Positions 17,620-26,495 of a stretch of 40,578 bases of DNA are shown in pieces. The notes under the pieces are model-generated. The model had not been told where the DNA came from and did not search any database. It worked only from the letters and a program-made list of their open reading frames with translations. The DNA is from Acidobacteriota bacterium (GTDB lineage Bacteria; Myxococcota_A; Polyangia; Haliangiales; Haliangiaceae): contig JBLMXA010000867.1 of NCBI GenBank assembly GCA_050257515.1, positions 1 through 40,578 on the forward strand. The letters run 5' to 3'. The translations under genes were made by a program, and so were the position numbers. How positions within the stretch are numbered: position 1 is the first letter of the stretch; each line of letters opens with the position of its first letter.

Positions 17620-20130
17620 TCACAGCTTCGCCGCCGCGGCCTTCGCCGCGTTCGCCCACGCGCCGCCCGGATACAGGCGGACGTACTGGAGGTACGCCTT
17701 CTTCGCCTCGGGCTTGTTGCCGGCGAGCTCGAGCGAGCGCGCGAGGTTGTACGCGGCGGCGCGCTTGCTGACCGGCTGCTTCATCGCGGCGTCGAACGAG
17801 GCCTGCGCCTTGGCGAAGTCCTTGGTCTCGGCGAGCACGATGCCGCGGACGAGGTCGATCTCGCCCTGCGCGACGCCGCCCTTCGCCTCGACGCGGCCGA
17901 GCGCGTCCTTCGCGTTGTCGAGCTGGTTCGCCGCCAGGTACGCCATCGCGAGGTTCAGGCGCGCCTTCGAGTAGGTCTCGTCGACCGCGAGCGCCTCCTT
18001 GAACTGCGCGATCGCCTCGCGCAGCTGCCACGGGATGCGCGCCTTGTCGCCGATGCCGCGGTGCGTGCCCCGGTCCTCGTCGCGCACGAGCCCGGCGTAC
18101 TTCACCGCGCTGTCGCGCTCGAGCGAGAACCGCGACTGCCAGCGGCCGAGCGGCGTGTCCTGCGCGGTCATCGCGAGCACGCCGATCTTCGCGTACGCGA
18201 TGCCGAGGTCGTTCATCGCCTCCTTGAGGTTCGGCAGCATCGCGCGGTAGCGCTTGAAGTGCTCGACCGCCTCGGTGTACGCGGCGACCGCGGCCTTCAT
18301 GTCGGTCTGCTCGAGCCTCGCGCCCTTGTCCATCTCCGCGACGCCGAGCCGGAACGACACGAACGCGTAGCGGACGTCGTTCGTCCAGTACTCGGTCAGG
18401 TACGCGACGCGCTCCTGGAACGTCGGGTGGTCGAGGTGCGGCGGGATCTCCTCCTCCTGGCCCATCGCCTCCATGAACTCGATGCCGCCGCGCGGCTTGT
18501 ATCCGGCGAGGAACGCCATCACCATGCCCTGGCGATCGGCGTCGATCTCCTGCAGGCGCGTGACGCTCGTGACGACGCTCGGATCGAGCGGCCGCGACTC
18601 CTTCATCGCCTCCTGGAACAGCGCGCTGTTGAGCGTGTGGCGGCGCAGCACGTGCTGCAGCTCGTGGCCGAGCACGTGGCCGAGGATGTCGTTGTTGGCG
18701 TCGATCGGACGGTTCGGGAACTTCTTCTTCAGCATGTCGAACATGCCGCGCGTGACGTAGACGCGGCCGTCGGCGAGCGCCATCGCGTTGACCTCCTTGG
18801 TCTTCACGATCGACACCTTGAACTGCTGGCGCACGCCGCTGCCGTCGGCGAGCCGCTGCACGATCTGCTCGATCACCGCCTTCTCCGGCGCGCCCTCGTC
18901 GACGCCGCCGAGCTCGCGCTCGAGCAGCGGGATCACCGCCTGGAACTTGTCGCTCGAGAACACGTCGCCGCTCTTGCCGGCGAGCACGCCCTCGGCGACG
19001 TACGGGTGCGTCGGCCTGACCTTCGTCAGCTCGATCAGCGCGCGGTCGCCCGTCGCGCCCCACGGATCGTCGTCGATCGCGGCGACGAAGTGATCGACGG
19101 CCGCGTCGGTCTTGCCGTCGAGCTTGTCGAGGATGCCGAGCTCGACGTGCGCGACCGCGAGGTTCTTGTCGAGCGCCAGCGCCTTCTCGAGCGCGCTGCG
19201 CGCGTCCCGGTTGTCGTCGGCCGCGCGGTAGAGCTTCGCGCTCTCGACCCACGCGAGCGGCAGCGACGGCGCCGCCGCGAACTCCGCCTGCGCCTTCTTC
19301 GGATCGTACGCGTCCGACGCCTTGACCGACGCGTACACGAGGCCGAGGTTGTAGTGGCAGTCCTCGTTCCTCGGCTGCGACTTGATGCACTCCTCGAAGC
19401 CGGCCTTCGCCTTCGCCATCGCCGCGTTGACGTCGCCGAGCAGGCCGCGGTCGAACGCCGCGGCGTATGCCTGCTTCGCGTCGTAGATCGTCAGCTCCAT
19501 CGGATCGCCAGACAGCTCGACGATCGCGCGCTCGACCATCTTGCCGAGGTACTTGTCGTTGCGCGCGATCAGCTTGAGGCGCTTCGCGGCGTCGAGCGCC
19601 TCGGGCTTCGCGCCCGCATCGCCGGCCTTGAACTTGCTGTACGCGCGGTCGAACGCCATCAGGTTCGCGTCGAGGTTGTACGGATCGAGCCCGAGCGCCT
19701 TGTCGAGCGACGCCTTCGCGCCCTTGTCGTCGCCGGTGCGGTCCTGGATCTGCGCGAACGCGATCCACGCGTCGGGGCTCTTCGGGTTCTTCCTCGTCAG
19801 CTTCGCGAGCACGTCGATCGCCTGCTTGGGCTTCTTGTCGCGCACGTAGATCGACGCGAGCGCCATCGCCGCGTGCTGGTTGTCCGGATCGATCCGGAGG
19901 ATCGTCTGGTACTCCTTGACCGCGCCGGCGAGGTCGTTGGCCTGGAACAGGTCGAACTCGGCGAGCATCTCGTGCTTCTGCACCTCGAGCTGCTTCTTGT
20001 TCGGCTTCTTCTGCTCGAGCCACGGCGGCGGCGCCTTCTTGCCGCCGACGCCGAGTGTCGCGCCGGGGCCCGCCGAAGCGGTCGCGACGAGCGAGCCCAG
20101 CAACACGATCGCAATCCTCGATGCCTTCAT
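17620..20130 (-). CDS. Exported TPR-repeat M48-family zinc metallopeptidase (BepA-like, TPR on both sides)
   Basis: Track ORF 17620..20130. Signal peptide MKASRIAIVLLGSLVATASA. Zinc motif GHVLGHELQHVLRRH (HExxH) with downstream RLQEIDADRQG (E-x-x-AD), typical of M48. There are multiple TPR-like helical repeats on both the N- and C-terminal sides. AAGGAG lies 8 nt before ATG 20130. Confidence 0.85.
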   Translation of the reverse strand: MKASRIAIVLLGSLVATASAGPGATLGVGGKKAPPPWLEQKKPNKKQLEVQKHEMLAEFDLFQANDLAGAVKEYQTILRIDPDNQHAAMALASIYVRDKKPKQAIDVLAKLTRKNPKSPDAWIAFAQIQDRTGDDKGAKASLDKALGLDPYNLDANLMAFDRAYSKFKAGDAGAKPEALDAAKRLKLIARNDKYLGKMVERAIVELSGDPMELTIYDAKQAYAAAFDRGLLGDVNAAMAKAKAGFEECIKSQPRNEDCHYNLGLVYASVKASDAYDPKKAQAEFAAAPSLPLAWVESAKLYRAADDNRDARSALEKALALDKNLAVAHVELGILDKLDGKTDAAVDHFVAAIDDDPWGATGDRALIELTKVRPTHPYVAEGVLAGKSGDVFSSDKFQAVIPLLERELGGVDEGAPEKAVIEQIVQRLADGSGVRQQFKVSIVKTKEVNAMALADGRVYVTRGMFDMLKKKFPNRPIDANNDILGHVLGHELQHVLRRHTLNSALFQEAMKESRPLDPSVVTSVTRLQEIDADRQGMVMAFLAGYKPRGGIEFMEAMGQEEEIPPHLDHPTFQERVAYLTEYWTNDVRYAFVSFRLGVAEMDKGARLEQTDMKAAVAAYTEAVEHFKRYRAMLPNLKEAMNDLGIAYAKIGVLAMTAQDTPLGRWQSRFSLERDSAVKYAGLVRDEDRGTHRGIGDKARIPWQLREAIAQFKEALAVDETYSKARLNLAMAYLAANQLDNAKDALGRVEAKGGVAQGEIDLVRGIVLAETKDFAKAQASFDAAMKQPVSKRAAAYNLARSLELAGNKPEAKKAYLQYVRLYPGGAWANAAKAAAAKL

Positions 20131-20134
20131 TCGA

Positions 20135-23100
20135 TCACTCCTTGATCGGCGTGTTGTCGCCGGCCGGCAGGAAGCTGGCCCAGTAATACGGATGCGCGTA
20201 CTTCTTGTTCCCCGCGAGCTCGAGCTGGATGTCGCGCAGCGCCGAGCTGCGCGACTCGCCCCGGGCGAGCCGCTTGTAGTAGCCGACCATCAGATCCTTG
20301 GTCGCCTGGTCGTCGACCTGCCACAGCGACATCACGAGGCTCTCGGCGCCCGCGATCACGAGCGCGCGGCGCAGGCCGTAGACGCCGTCGCCGTTCGTCA
20401 CCTTGCCGACGCCGGTCTCGCACGCCGACAGCACGACGAGCTTGGTGCCCTCGAGATCGAGCCCCGAAGCCTCGAGCGCGGTCAGGATGCCGTCGTCCTC
20501 GCCCGACGCGAGCTTGTTCGCGCCGGCGAACGCGAGGCCCGAGCGCAACAGCGGGTTCTCGCCGCTCTCGACCGGCGCCTGCTGCGGCAGGCCGGCGAGG
20601 TTCGCCGGGCCCGGCGCGGCGGCCGCGCGGTTGTCGTTCGCCGCCGGAGGCGGCGCCTCGTCGGGCAGGAAGAACCCGTGCGTCGCGAGGTGGAGGATGC
20701 GCGGCCCGTGCACCTTCTTGACCGCGGTCTCGGTCGCCGCCAGCCCGGTGAACAGCTTGAGCCCCTTCATCGTGCTCGCGACCGCGTTCGCTTCCTGGCC
20801 GGTGCCCGGCAGCGGCGGCCACGACAGCGACGCGAGATCGACCGAGCGCGCGCCGCGCGAGCCGGGCGCGTCGCCGGCCTTCGGCGCCGGCGCGCTCGCG
20901 TCGAAGCTCGGGTTGGCGAAGATCAGCCCGCCGCCCTGCGCCTTGGTGCGCGCCTTGACGCGCAGCAGATCGCGGCCCGACGTCAGGTACGTGAACGTGT
21001 ACTTCTTGACGAGGAACTCGCCCTTGGTGTCGACGAGCGCGGCGAACGGCACCACGTTGAGCGTGCCATCGGGCGCGATGAAGATCTCGGTCGCCTTGCC
21101 GAGCGCGGGCTGGATCTTCGCGACCGTGAGGTCGTAGAGCGCGCGGCCGAGCTCGTTCGCGCGGTCGTTGTCGGGATCCGACACCGCCTTGCGGAACTTC
21201 TCGACCGCAGTGTCGATGTCGGGCGCCGCCGCGAGATCGACGAACACCGGGTCGCCGGTCTGGCCGATCACGTAGGCGGCATAGCGGCGCGGCGGCAGCA
21301 CCGCGTTCGCGCTGTACGGCTTGCGCGGATCGCCGGGCTGGAAGTTCACGATCTCGACGAGCTTCGCGTCCCTCGGGATCAGCTTCTGGATCGGCGCGAG
21401 CTCGACCTTCGACGTCGCGGCGCGATACGCGGCGCTCTTCTGGCCCACCTGCAGCTCGAGCTTCTCGATCTGATCCTCGAGCGCGGCGACCTCCTTCGCG
21501 TAGTCGTCGGGGCTGCCGGTCGCCGCCGGGCCCGCGACCGTCAGCTTCGCGAGCTTCGCGCGCGCGGCGGCGAGATCGTCGAGCAGCTTCTTGTCGTCGG
21601 GTGACAGCTTGGCGCGGATCGTCGCCATCGCCGCGGCGGAGGCGTCGAGCGCGCGGCCCTTGCGGCGCAGCAGCGTCGTCAGCGCGAGCCTCGTCACCGA
21701 CGCGTTCTTCGGCGCCATGTAGTAGTTGAAGTTGATCGCGCTATCGAGCTGGTAGCCGTAGCGGCTGAAGTACACGGCGTGGTCGGCGTCGGTGCCGACC
21801 TTGAGCGAGTTCTGCAGGTCGCGCTCCGCGATGTCGAGGCTGTCGGCGAGCACGCTCTCGGCCCTCGCGACGTCGCCGGCGCCCATGTACGCGAACGCGA
21901 GCTGGAACTCGCCCATGCCGTAGATCGGGTGCTTCCGGCCGTACGTCTTCTCGAGGCCGGCGAGGTACTCGACCAGCAGCTTCTCGGCGCGCTTGTAGTC
22001 GCCCATCTCGCGCAGCACGATCGCGATCTGCGTGTTGTACATGACGCCGCTCATCGGCGAGAACTTCGGCATCGCCGCCTGCGCCTTCTCGAGCAGCGCG
22101 AGCGCTTCCTTGAGCTTGCCGTTCTCGCGCTTGAGGTCGGCGAGCATCGTGCCCCAGCCCGACGGCCGGCCGTGCTTCTCGTCGTACGCGATCGCCTCTT
22201 CGAGCCGCGCCTCGGCGCGCGGGTCCTTCATCTCCTTCATCAGATAACCGCTCATCCCGAGCAGCGAGCCGAGCATGTAGTCGTCGGGCTTCGTCTGCTG
22301 GAGCTGGGCGATCTCCTTGTCGTACATGCCGATGACCTTCTTCATCAGCGGCAGCGCGAGGTCGTCGCGCTTGCCGTAGTGATAGACGGCCGCGACACCC
22401 CAGATCGTGCCGCCGACGGTCATCGCCGACGCGTTCGGCTGGCTCTCGGCGATCTGGATCATGCGGTCGTAGAGCGCCATCGCCTTGGGGCGGTTGTTCG
22501 CCTGCCAGTACTGGTACGCGACCATCTGCAGCGGGCTGACCAGCTGCATGTCGTTCTTCGGCAGCAGCGACTCCTCGATCGCGAGCATCTGCTCGTACGC
22601 GCGCTGCGCGGCGGTGTACTCGTTGCGCGCGTTGTACATCATGCCGAGCTGCATCAGCGTGCGCGCGTAGTCGAGGCTGTGCTCGCCGTGCAGCTTCTTC
22701 TCGATCGAGAGCTCGCGCTGGATGACCGGCTCGAGCTCGTCGAGCCGGTTCTGCCCCCAGTACGTGCCGTTGATCGCCATCAGCACGTACTCGACGTCCT
22801 GCGAGTCGGGGCCCTTCTTCTTCTCAGTGACCGCGAGCACCTGCTGGTAGAGCTTGCGCGCCTCGCCGTAGTCGCCGGCGGTGTTGTACGCCTGCGCGAG
22901 CGTCTGCAGCCGCCGCTGCGTCTCGTCCGCGTCCTTGCCCGAGATCTTGAGCTGCAGCTCGTACGCCTGCTTCGCGACCTTGAGCGCGGCCATGTACGCC
23001 TGCTTGATCTGCGCGTCGCGCATCTGCGCGTCGAGCTTGGCGAGCTGCGCCTGCTCGGGGTTCGGCGCCGGCTTGCGGCCGGCTTTCGGCGCAGCCTCCG

Positions 23101-23152
23101 CAACCGCAGCCCACGCGACGAGCACAGCCAGAGCCCACGTGGCCACACGCAT
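20135..23152 (-). CDS. Exported TPR-repeat CHAT-domain protein (caspase-like clan CD peptidase)
   Basis: Last 1005 aa of track ORF 20135..24223, starting at ATG 23152. Signal peptide MRVATWALAVLVAWAAVAEA. It has about 450 aa of TPR_12-like repeats and a coiled-coil linker. The C-terminal CHAT domain carries the His/Cys dyad contexts ILHLATHGFF and LVVLSACETG. Confidence 0.85.
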   Translation of the reverse strand: MRVATWALAVLVAWAAVAEAAPKAGRKPAPNPEQAQLAKLDAQMRDAQIKQAYMAALKVAKQAYELQLKISGKDADETQRRLQTLAQAYNTAGDYGEARKLYQQVLAVTEKKKGPDSQDVEYVLMAINGTYWGQNRLDELEPVIQRELSIEKKLHGEHSLDYARTLMQLGMMYNARNEYTAAQRAYEQMLAIEESLLPKNDMQLVSPLQMVAYQYWQANNRPKAMALYDRMIQIAESQPNASAMTVGGTIWGVAAVYHYGKRDDLALPLMKKVIGMYDKEIAQLQQTKPDDYMLGSLLGMSGYLMKEMKDPRAEARLEEAIAYDEKHGRPSGWGTMLADLKRENGKLKEALALLEKAQAAMPKFSPMSGVMYNTQIAIVLREMGDYKRAEKLLVEYLAGLEKTYGRKHPIYGMGEFQLAFAYMGAGDVARAESVLADSLDIAERDLQNSLKVGTDADHAVYFSRYGYQLDSAINFNYYMAPKNASVTRLALTTLLRRKGRALDASAAAMATIRAKLSPDDKKLLDDLAAARAKLAKLTVAGPAATGSPDDYAKEVAALEDQIEKLELQVGQKSAAYRAATSKVELAPIQKLIPRDAKLVEIVNFQPGDPRKPYSANAVLPPRRYAAYVIGQTGDPVFVDLAAAPDIDTAVEKFRKAVSDPDNDRANELGRALYDLTVAKIQPALGKATEIFIAPDGTLNVVPFAALVDTKGEFLVKKYTFTYLTSGRDLLRVKARTKAQGGGLIFANPSFDASAPAPKAGDAPGSRGARSVDLASLSWPPLPGTGQEANAVASTMKGLKLFTGLAATETAVKKVHGPRILHLATHGFFLPDEAPPPAANDNRAAAAPGPANLAGLPQQAPVESGENPLLRSGLAFAGANKLASGEDDGILTALEASGLDLEGTKLVVLSACETGVGKVTNGDGVYGLRRALVIAGAESLVMSLWQVDDQATKDLMVGYYKRLARGESRSSALRDIQLELAGNKKYAHPYYWASFLPAGDNTPIKE

Positions 23153-23170
23153 GGTGTACGGTGATAACAC

Positions 23171-23626
23171 ATGAGGCTTCACGCGTTGCTGGTAAGCGCT
23201 TTCGTCGTCGGGTGCGGAAGCAGCCCCAAGCATGCCGCTGCTCCGGGGTCTTCCGATCCATCGGCGGATCCGATCCCGAAGACGGCGGGCCCGAGCTGCA
23301 AGGCCGTCGTCGAGCACCTCGCGACGCTCGCCGACCGCGATCCCACGAAACCCGCCAAGGGCGACGCCACCTTGCGCGGCCGCTGCGAGTCCGATGCCTG
23401 GAGCGACGACGCGCGTAACTGCTTTGCCACCGCGCAATCCGACGGCGAGCTCGACGGCTGCAAGAGCATGCTGACTCCCGGCCAGCGCGAGGCGTTCGCG
23501 GTGTCGCCGGCCACTCCCGCGTCCGCGCCAGCGCCCGCGCCCGCCGCCGAGGCCGCGCCCAAGCACGGTACCCGCGGCCCGGTGCCGAAGGGCAAGACCG
23601 GCGATCCCGACGAGGGCGGCGAGTAG
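23171..23626 (+). CDS. Hypothetical lipoprotein with four conserved-looking cysteines and a Pro/Ala-rich tail
   Basis: Track ORF 23171..23626. Lipobox MRLHALLVSAFVVGC. It is divergent from the CHAT gene with only 18 nt between the start codons. Confidence 0.6.
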   Translation: MRLHALLVSAFVVGCGSSPKHAAAPGSSDPSADPIPKTAGPSCKAVVEHLATLADRDPTKPAKGDATLRGRCESDAWSDDARNCFATAQSDGELDGCKSMLTPGQREAFAVSPATPASAPAPAPAAEAAPKHGTRGPVPKGKTGDPDEGGE

Positions 23627-23676
23627 CAACAGCTCCACGAGGGATCCGGACGCAGCCCGGCCGCCGACAGTCGCAG

Positions 23677-24078
23677 CTATTTCAGCGTCGTCTTGATCTC
23701 GGTGCCGCGGCCTAAGGTCTTGGTAACTGGCGTCTTGTCGGCGATCTCGAGCAGCCGCTTCTTCTGATCCAGCGTCAGCTCGGGCGCCACCCGGATCGCG
23801 CGCTCGATCCGCTCCGTGTCCTCGGTGCGGAACACGCGGACGTCGATCTCGAGCGGCTCGATCGGCCAGCCCTTGCGCGCGGCGTACATGCGCAGCGTGA
23901 TCGCGGTGCACGCGCCGAGCGACGCGGCGAGCAGCGCGTACGGCGGCGGGCCGAGATCGCCGCCGCCATGCGCCTCGGGCTCGTCGCACAGGAGCTCGTG
24001 CTTGCCGGCGCGCACGTGCTCGGCGTACGCCGTCGTGCCGCTCCTGAGGTGCGCGCTCGCGAGGTGGATGTCGGTCAT
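23677..24078 (-). CDS. OsmC/Ohr family protein (peroxiredoxin-like)
   Basis: Last 133 aa of track ORF 23677..26562: MTDIHLASAHLRSGTTAYAEHVRAGKHELLCDEPEAHGGGDLGPPPYALLAASLGACTAITLRMYAARK. Both conserved cysteines are in the usual OsmC contexts. The ATG overlaps the glgX stop (ATGA). Confidence 0.85.
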   Translation of the reverse strand: MTDIHLASAHLRSGTTAYAEHVRAGKHELLCDEPEAHGGGDLGPPPYALLAASLGACTAITLRMYAARKGWPIEPLEIDVRVFRTEDTERIERAIRVAPELTLDQKKRLLEIADKTPVTKTLGRGTEIKTTLK

Positions 24079-26111
24079 CGCGGCGATGGTACACGCGGCC
24101 GCGCGAGCACGACGATCGATCGCGCCTGCACGACGTACGACGCGTGCGCCGGCTCGCTCGGATCGAGCTGGATGTCGTCCGGCGGTGGGCGCGCGGTGTC
24201 GATCGCGACTCGCCAGTCGCCATGGTCCTGGATCACGAACGCCACCGGCTCGCTGGTCGCGTTGACCATGACGTAGAGATCGCCGTCGCCCTGCGAGCCG
24301 CCGCGCAGCAGCATCGCGAGCTCGCGGCGCGACAGATCGGCGACGCCGCGCGGGCCGAACCACCGCACGTCCTCGCGCCAGAACCGGCTGCGCGCGAGCG
24401 ACGGGTGGAGCTTGCGGAACGCGATCATGCGCTGGACGAACCGCCAGTGCCCGGCGTACGCGTCGCGGCGCCGCCAGTCGAGCCAGCTGGTCTCGTTGTC
24501 CTGGTTGTACGGGTTGTTGTTGCCGTGCTGCGTCTGGAGAAACTCGTCGCCCGCGCGCAGCATCGGCGTGCCGTTCGCCAGCAGCAGCAGCGCGATCAGG
24601 TTCTTGGCCTGGCGCTCGCGCAGCGCGAGCACCTCGGGCGGCGCGCCGTCGTCGCCTTCCCAGCCGCAGTTCCAGCTCCAGTTCGCGTCGGTGCCGTCGC
24701 GGTTGGCGTGGCCGTTCGCCTCGTTGTGCTTGCGCTCGTAGCTGACGAGGTCGTAGAGCGTGAAGCCGTCGTGCGACGTGACGTGGTTGACGCTCTGGTA
24801 GGCGTGGTAGGCGTCGATCACGTCGTCGGGGAACAGGTCGTCGCTGCCGTAGAGTCGCTGCATCAATGCGCCGGTGGTCTCGGCGTCGCCGCGCACGAAC
24901 CGGCGCACGTCGTCGCGGAAGCGGCTGTTCCACTGCAGCCACGTCTGGCCGGGGAACGCGCGGCCGAGCGCGTACGCGCCGGCGGTATCCCACGGCTCGG
25001 CGATCAGCCGCACGCGCTCGAACGCGGGATCGGACGTGATGTCGCCGAAGATCGGCGGCTCGTCGTAATCGATCGAGCCGTCGTCCTTGCGCGCGAAGAT
25101 CGACGCGAGATCGAACCGGAAGCCGTCGACGTGCATCTCGCGCATCCAGTAGCGCATGCTGTCGAGGATCATCTTGCGCACGTAGCGGTTGCTCGCGTGG
25201 ATGCTGTTGCCGCAGCCCGAGTAATCGGCGTAGCCGCGATCCTTGATCAGGTAGTACGTGCTGTTGTCGATGCCCTTGAAGCTGTAGACGGGCCCGCCGA
25301 TGCCGCCTTCGGCGGTGTGGTTGTAGACGACGTCGATCACCACCTCGATGTGCGCGGCGTGCAGCGCGGCGACCATCTCGCGGAACGACGCGATCGCGGT
25401 CTCGCCCGGCGAGGCGTAGCGGCGATCCGCGGCGAACAGCGCGACCGGCATGTAGCCCCAGTAGTCGCCCGACGCCGGATCGAACTGGAACACCGGCATC
25501 AGCTCGACGATCGTGACGCCGAGCTCGCGCAGGTACGGGATCTTCTCGATCACGCCGGCGAACGTGCCGCGCGCGGCCTCGGCGACACCCGAGCTCCGAT
25601 CGCGCGTGAAGCCGCGGACGTGCAGCTCGTAGATGATCGCGTCGGCCTCGTGATGAGGCCGCGGATCGTGCCAGCCGTGGCGGTCGTTCGCGAGCAACAG
25701 CCCGAGCGGTGCCTTGCCGAGGTTGGACCCGCGGCGCACGGCGGCGGCGCGATCGAACGTCGGCGGGAACACGACGCAGCGCGCATAAGGATCGAGCAGC
25801 AGCTTGTCGGGATCGAACGCGTGCGCCTCGAACGGCCCGGCCGGATCGGGGCCGCCGACGAGGTAGCCGTAGTACGTGCAGCGCGCGACGGTGTCGTGCG
25901 GCAGCCGGCAGTGCCAGATGCGTCCCGACTTGTGGACGTACGGATCGAGCGCGAGATCGACGGCGGGCACCGAGAGGTCGGCGTCGGTGAACAGGAGCAG
26001 CCGCACCGAGGTCGCGTGCTTGGAGTAAAGTGCGAAGTTGTACGACGCGTCCTCGGCGGACCACGACACGCCGAGCGGGAACGGGAGACCCTCCGCGCTC
26101 GCCCAGCTCAT
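24075..26111 (-). CDS. glgX: Glycogen debranching enzyme GlgX (GH13 isoamylase-type)
   Basis: Last 678 aa of track ORF 24075..26177, starting at ATG 26111 (MSWASAEGLPFPLGVSW...NFALYSKHATSVRLLLF). GH13 regions are present: DVVYNHT, GFRFDLAS, EPWD and VTSHDGFTL. Confidence 0.92.
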   Translation of the reverse strand: MSWASAEGLPFPLGVSWSAEDASYNFALYSKHATSVRLLLFTDADLSVPAVDLALDPYVHKSGRIWHCRLPHDTVARCTYYGYLVGGPDPAGPFEAHAFDPDKLLLDPYARCVVFPPTFDRAAAVRRGSNLGKAPLGLLLANDRHGWHDPRPHHEADAIIYELHVRGFTRDRSSGVAEAARGTFAGVIEKIPYLRELGVTIVELMPVFQFDPASGDYWGYMPVALFAADRRYASPGETAIASFREMVAALHAAHIEVVIDVVYNHTAEGGIGGPVYSFKGIDNSTYYLIKDRGYADYSGCGNSIHASNRYVRKMILDSMRYWMREMHVDGFRFDLASIFARKDDGSIDYDEPPIFGDITSDPAFERVRLIAEPWDTAGAYALGRAFPGQTWLQWNSRFRDDVRRFVRGDAETTGALMQRLYGSDDLFPDDVIDAYHAYQSVNHVTSHDGFTLYDLVSYERKHNEANGHANRDGTDANWSWNCGWEGDDGAPPEVLALRERQAKNLIALLLLANGTPMLRAGDEFLQTQHGNNNPYNQDNETSWLDWRRRDAYAGHWRFVQRMIAFRKLHPSLARSRFWREDVRWFGPRGVADLSRRELAMLLRGGSQGDGDLYVMVNATSEPVAFVIQDHGDWRVAIDTARPPPDDIQLDPSEPAHASYVVQARSIVVLARPRVPSPR

Positions 26112-26353
26112 GGCTGGCCCTGCAGCCGCTGCTTGAGCTCGGTCCACGCGGCGGTCGACCGACAGGGATCCGCGCACGCGGCCGCGAGTGGCGCGAGCTC
26201 GCAGTGCAGCGGCTCTCGCACGTGCTCGACGAGGTGCTCCGCGACGGTCGCGAGCGCCACGAGATCACCGCGCGCGCATGCCGAGTCGCCATCGCGAAAC
26301 AGCTCGCCGACCGCGTGCTCGTGGCAGACCGCCATGCCGAGACGGTCGTACAA
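26108..26353 (-). CDS. Hypothetical small Cys/His-containing ORF translationally coupled to glgX
   Basis: Track ORF 26108..26353 (TTG start; an internal ATG at 26335 gives MAVCHEHAVGELFRDGD...). GC3 is mostly high. Its TGA overlaps the glgX ATG (ATGA). I recognise no family, so this could be a chance ORF. Confidence 0.35.
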   Translation of the reverse strand: MYDRLGMAVCHEHAVGELFRDGDSACARGDLVALATVAEHLVEHVREPLHCELAPLAAACADPCRSTAAWTELKQRLQGQP

Positions 26354-26495
26354 GCGGCGTGCCCACCGCTCCGCCGTGCGTCGGCGTGAACCCCGCAGTG
26401 CTTGCGCGACAGCGCGGTTCGCATGCAGTCACTGCACGCCGGCGCAGGAGGCTCCCCGGAGATCGAGGGCATGTCGCTTGCTGTGCTAGTGGCGC

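Noticed and set aside
17350-20145. 931-aa plus-strand ORF and 872-aa minus-strand ORF (17405..20023) overlapping the TPR-M48 gene
   Set aside because: These are Arg/Asp/Leu/Val or Arg/Gly/Ala low-complexity translations with no domain signatures. The frame 17620..20130 has a signal peptide, TPR repeats and an HExxH site.
16694-23152. Treating CHAT, M48, ParD-like and zeta-like genes as one four-component defence system
   Set aside because: They are co-directional with a 36-nt gap. However, both proteases carry signal peptides whereas the TA proteins are cytoplasmic, and the palindrome with a -10-like box suggests the TA pair has its own promoter. I kept this as an adjacency note only.
26354-26495. 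CIRCE/HrcA operator or groES upstream of groEL
   Set aside because: There is no match to TTAGCACTC-N9-GAGTGCTAA, and no plus-strand ORF of about 95 aa. The region is a 142-nt divergent intergenic spacer.
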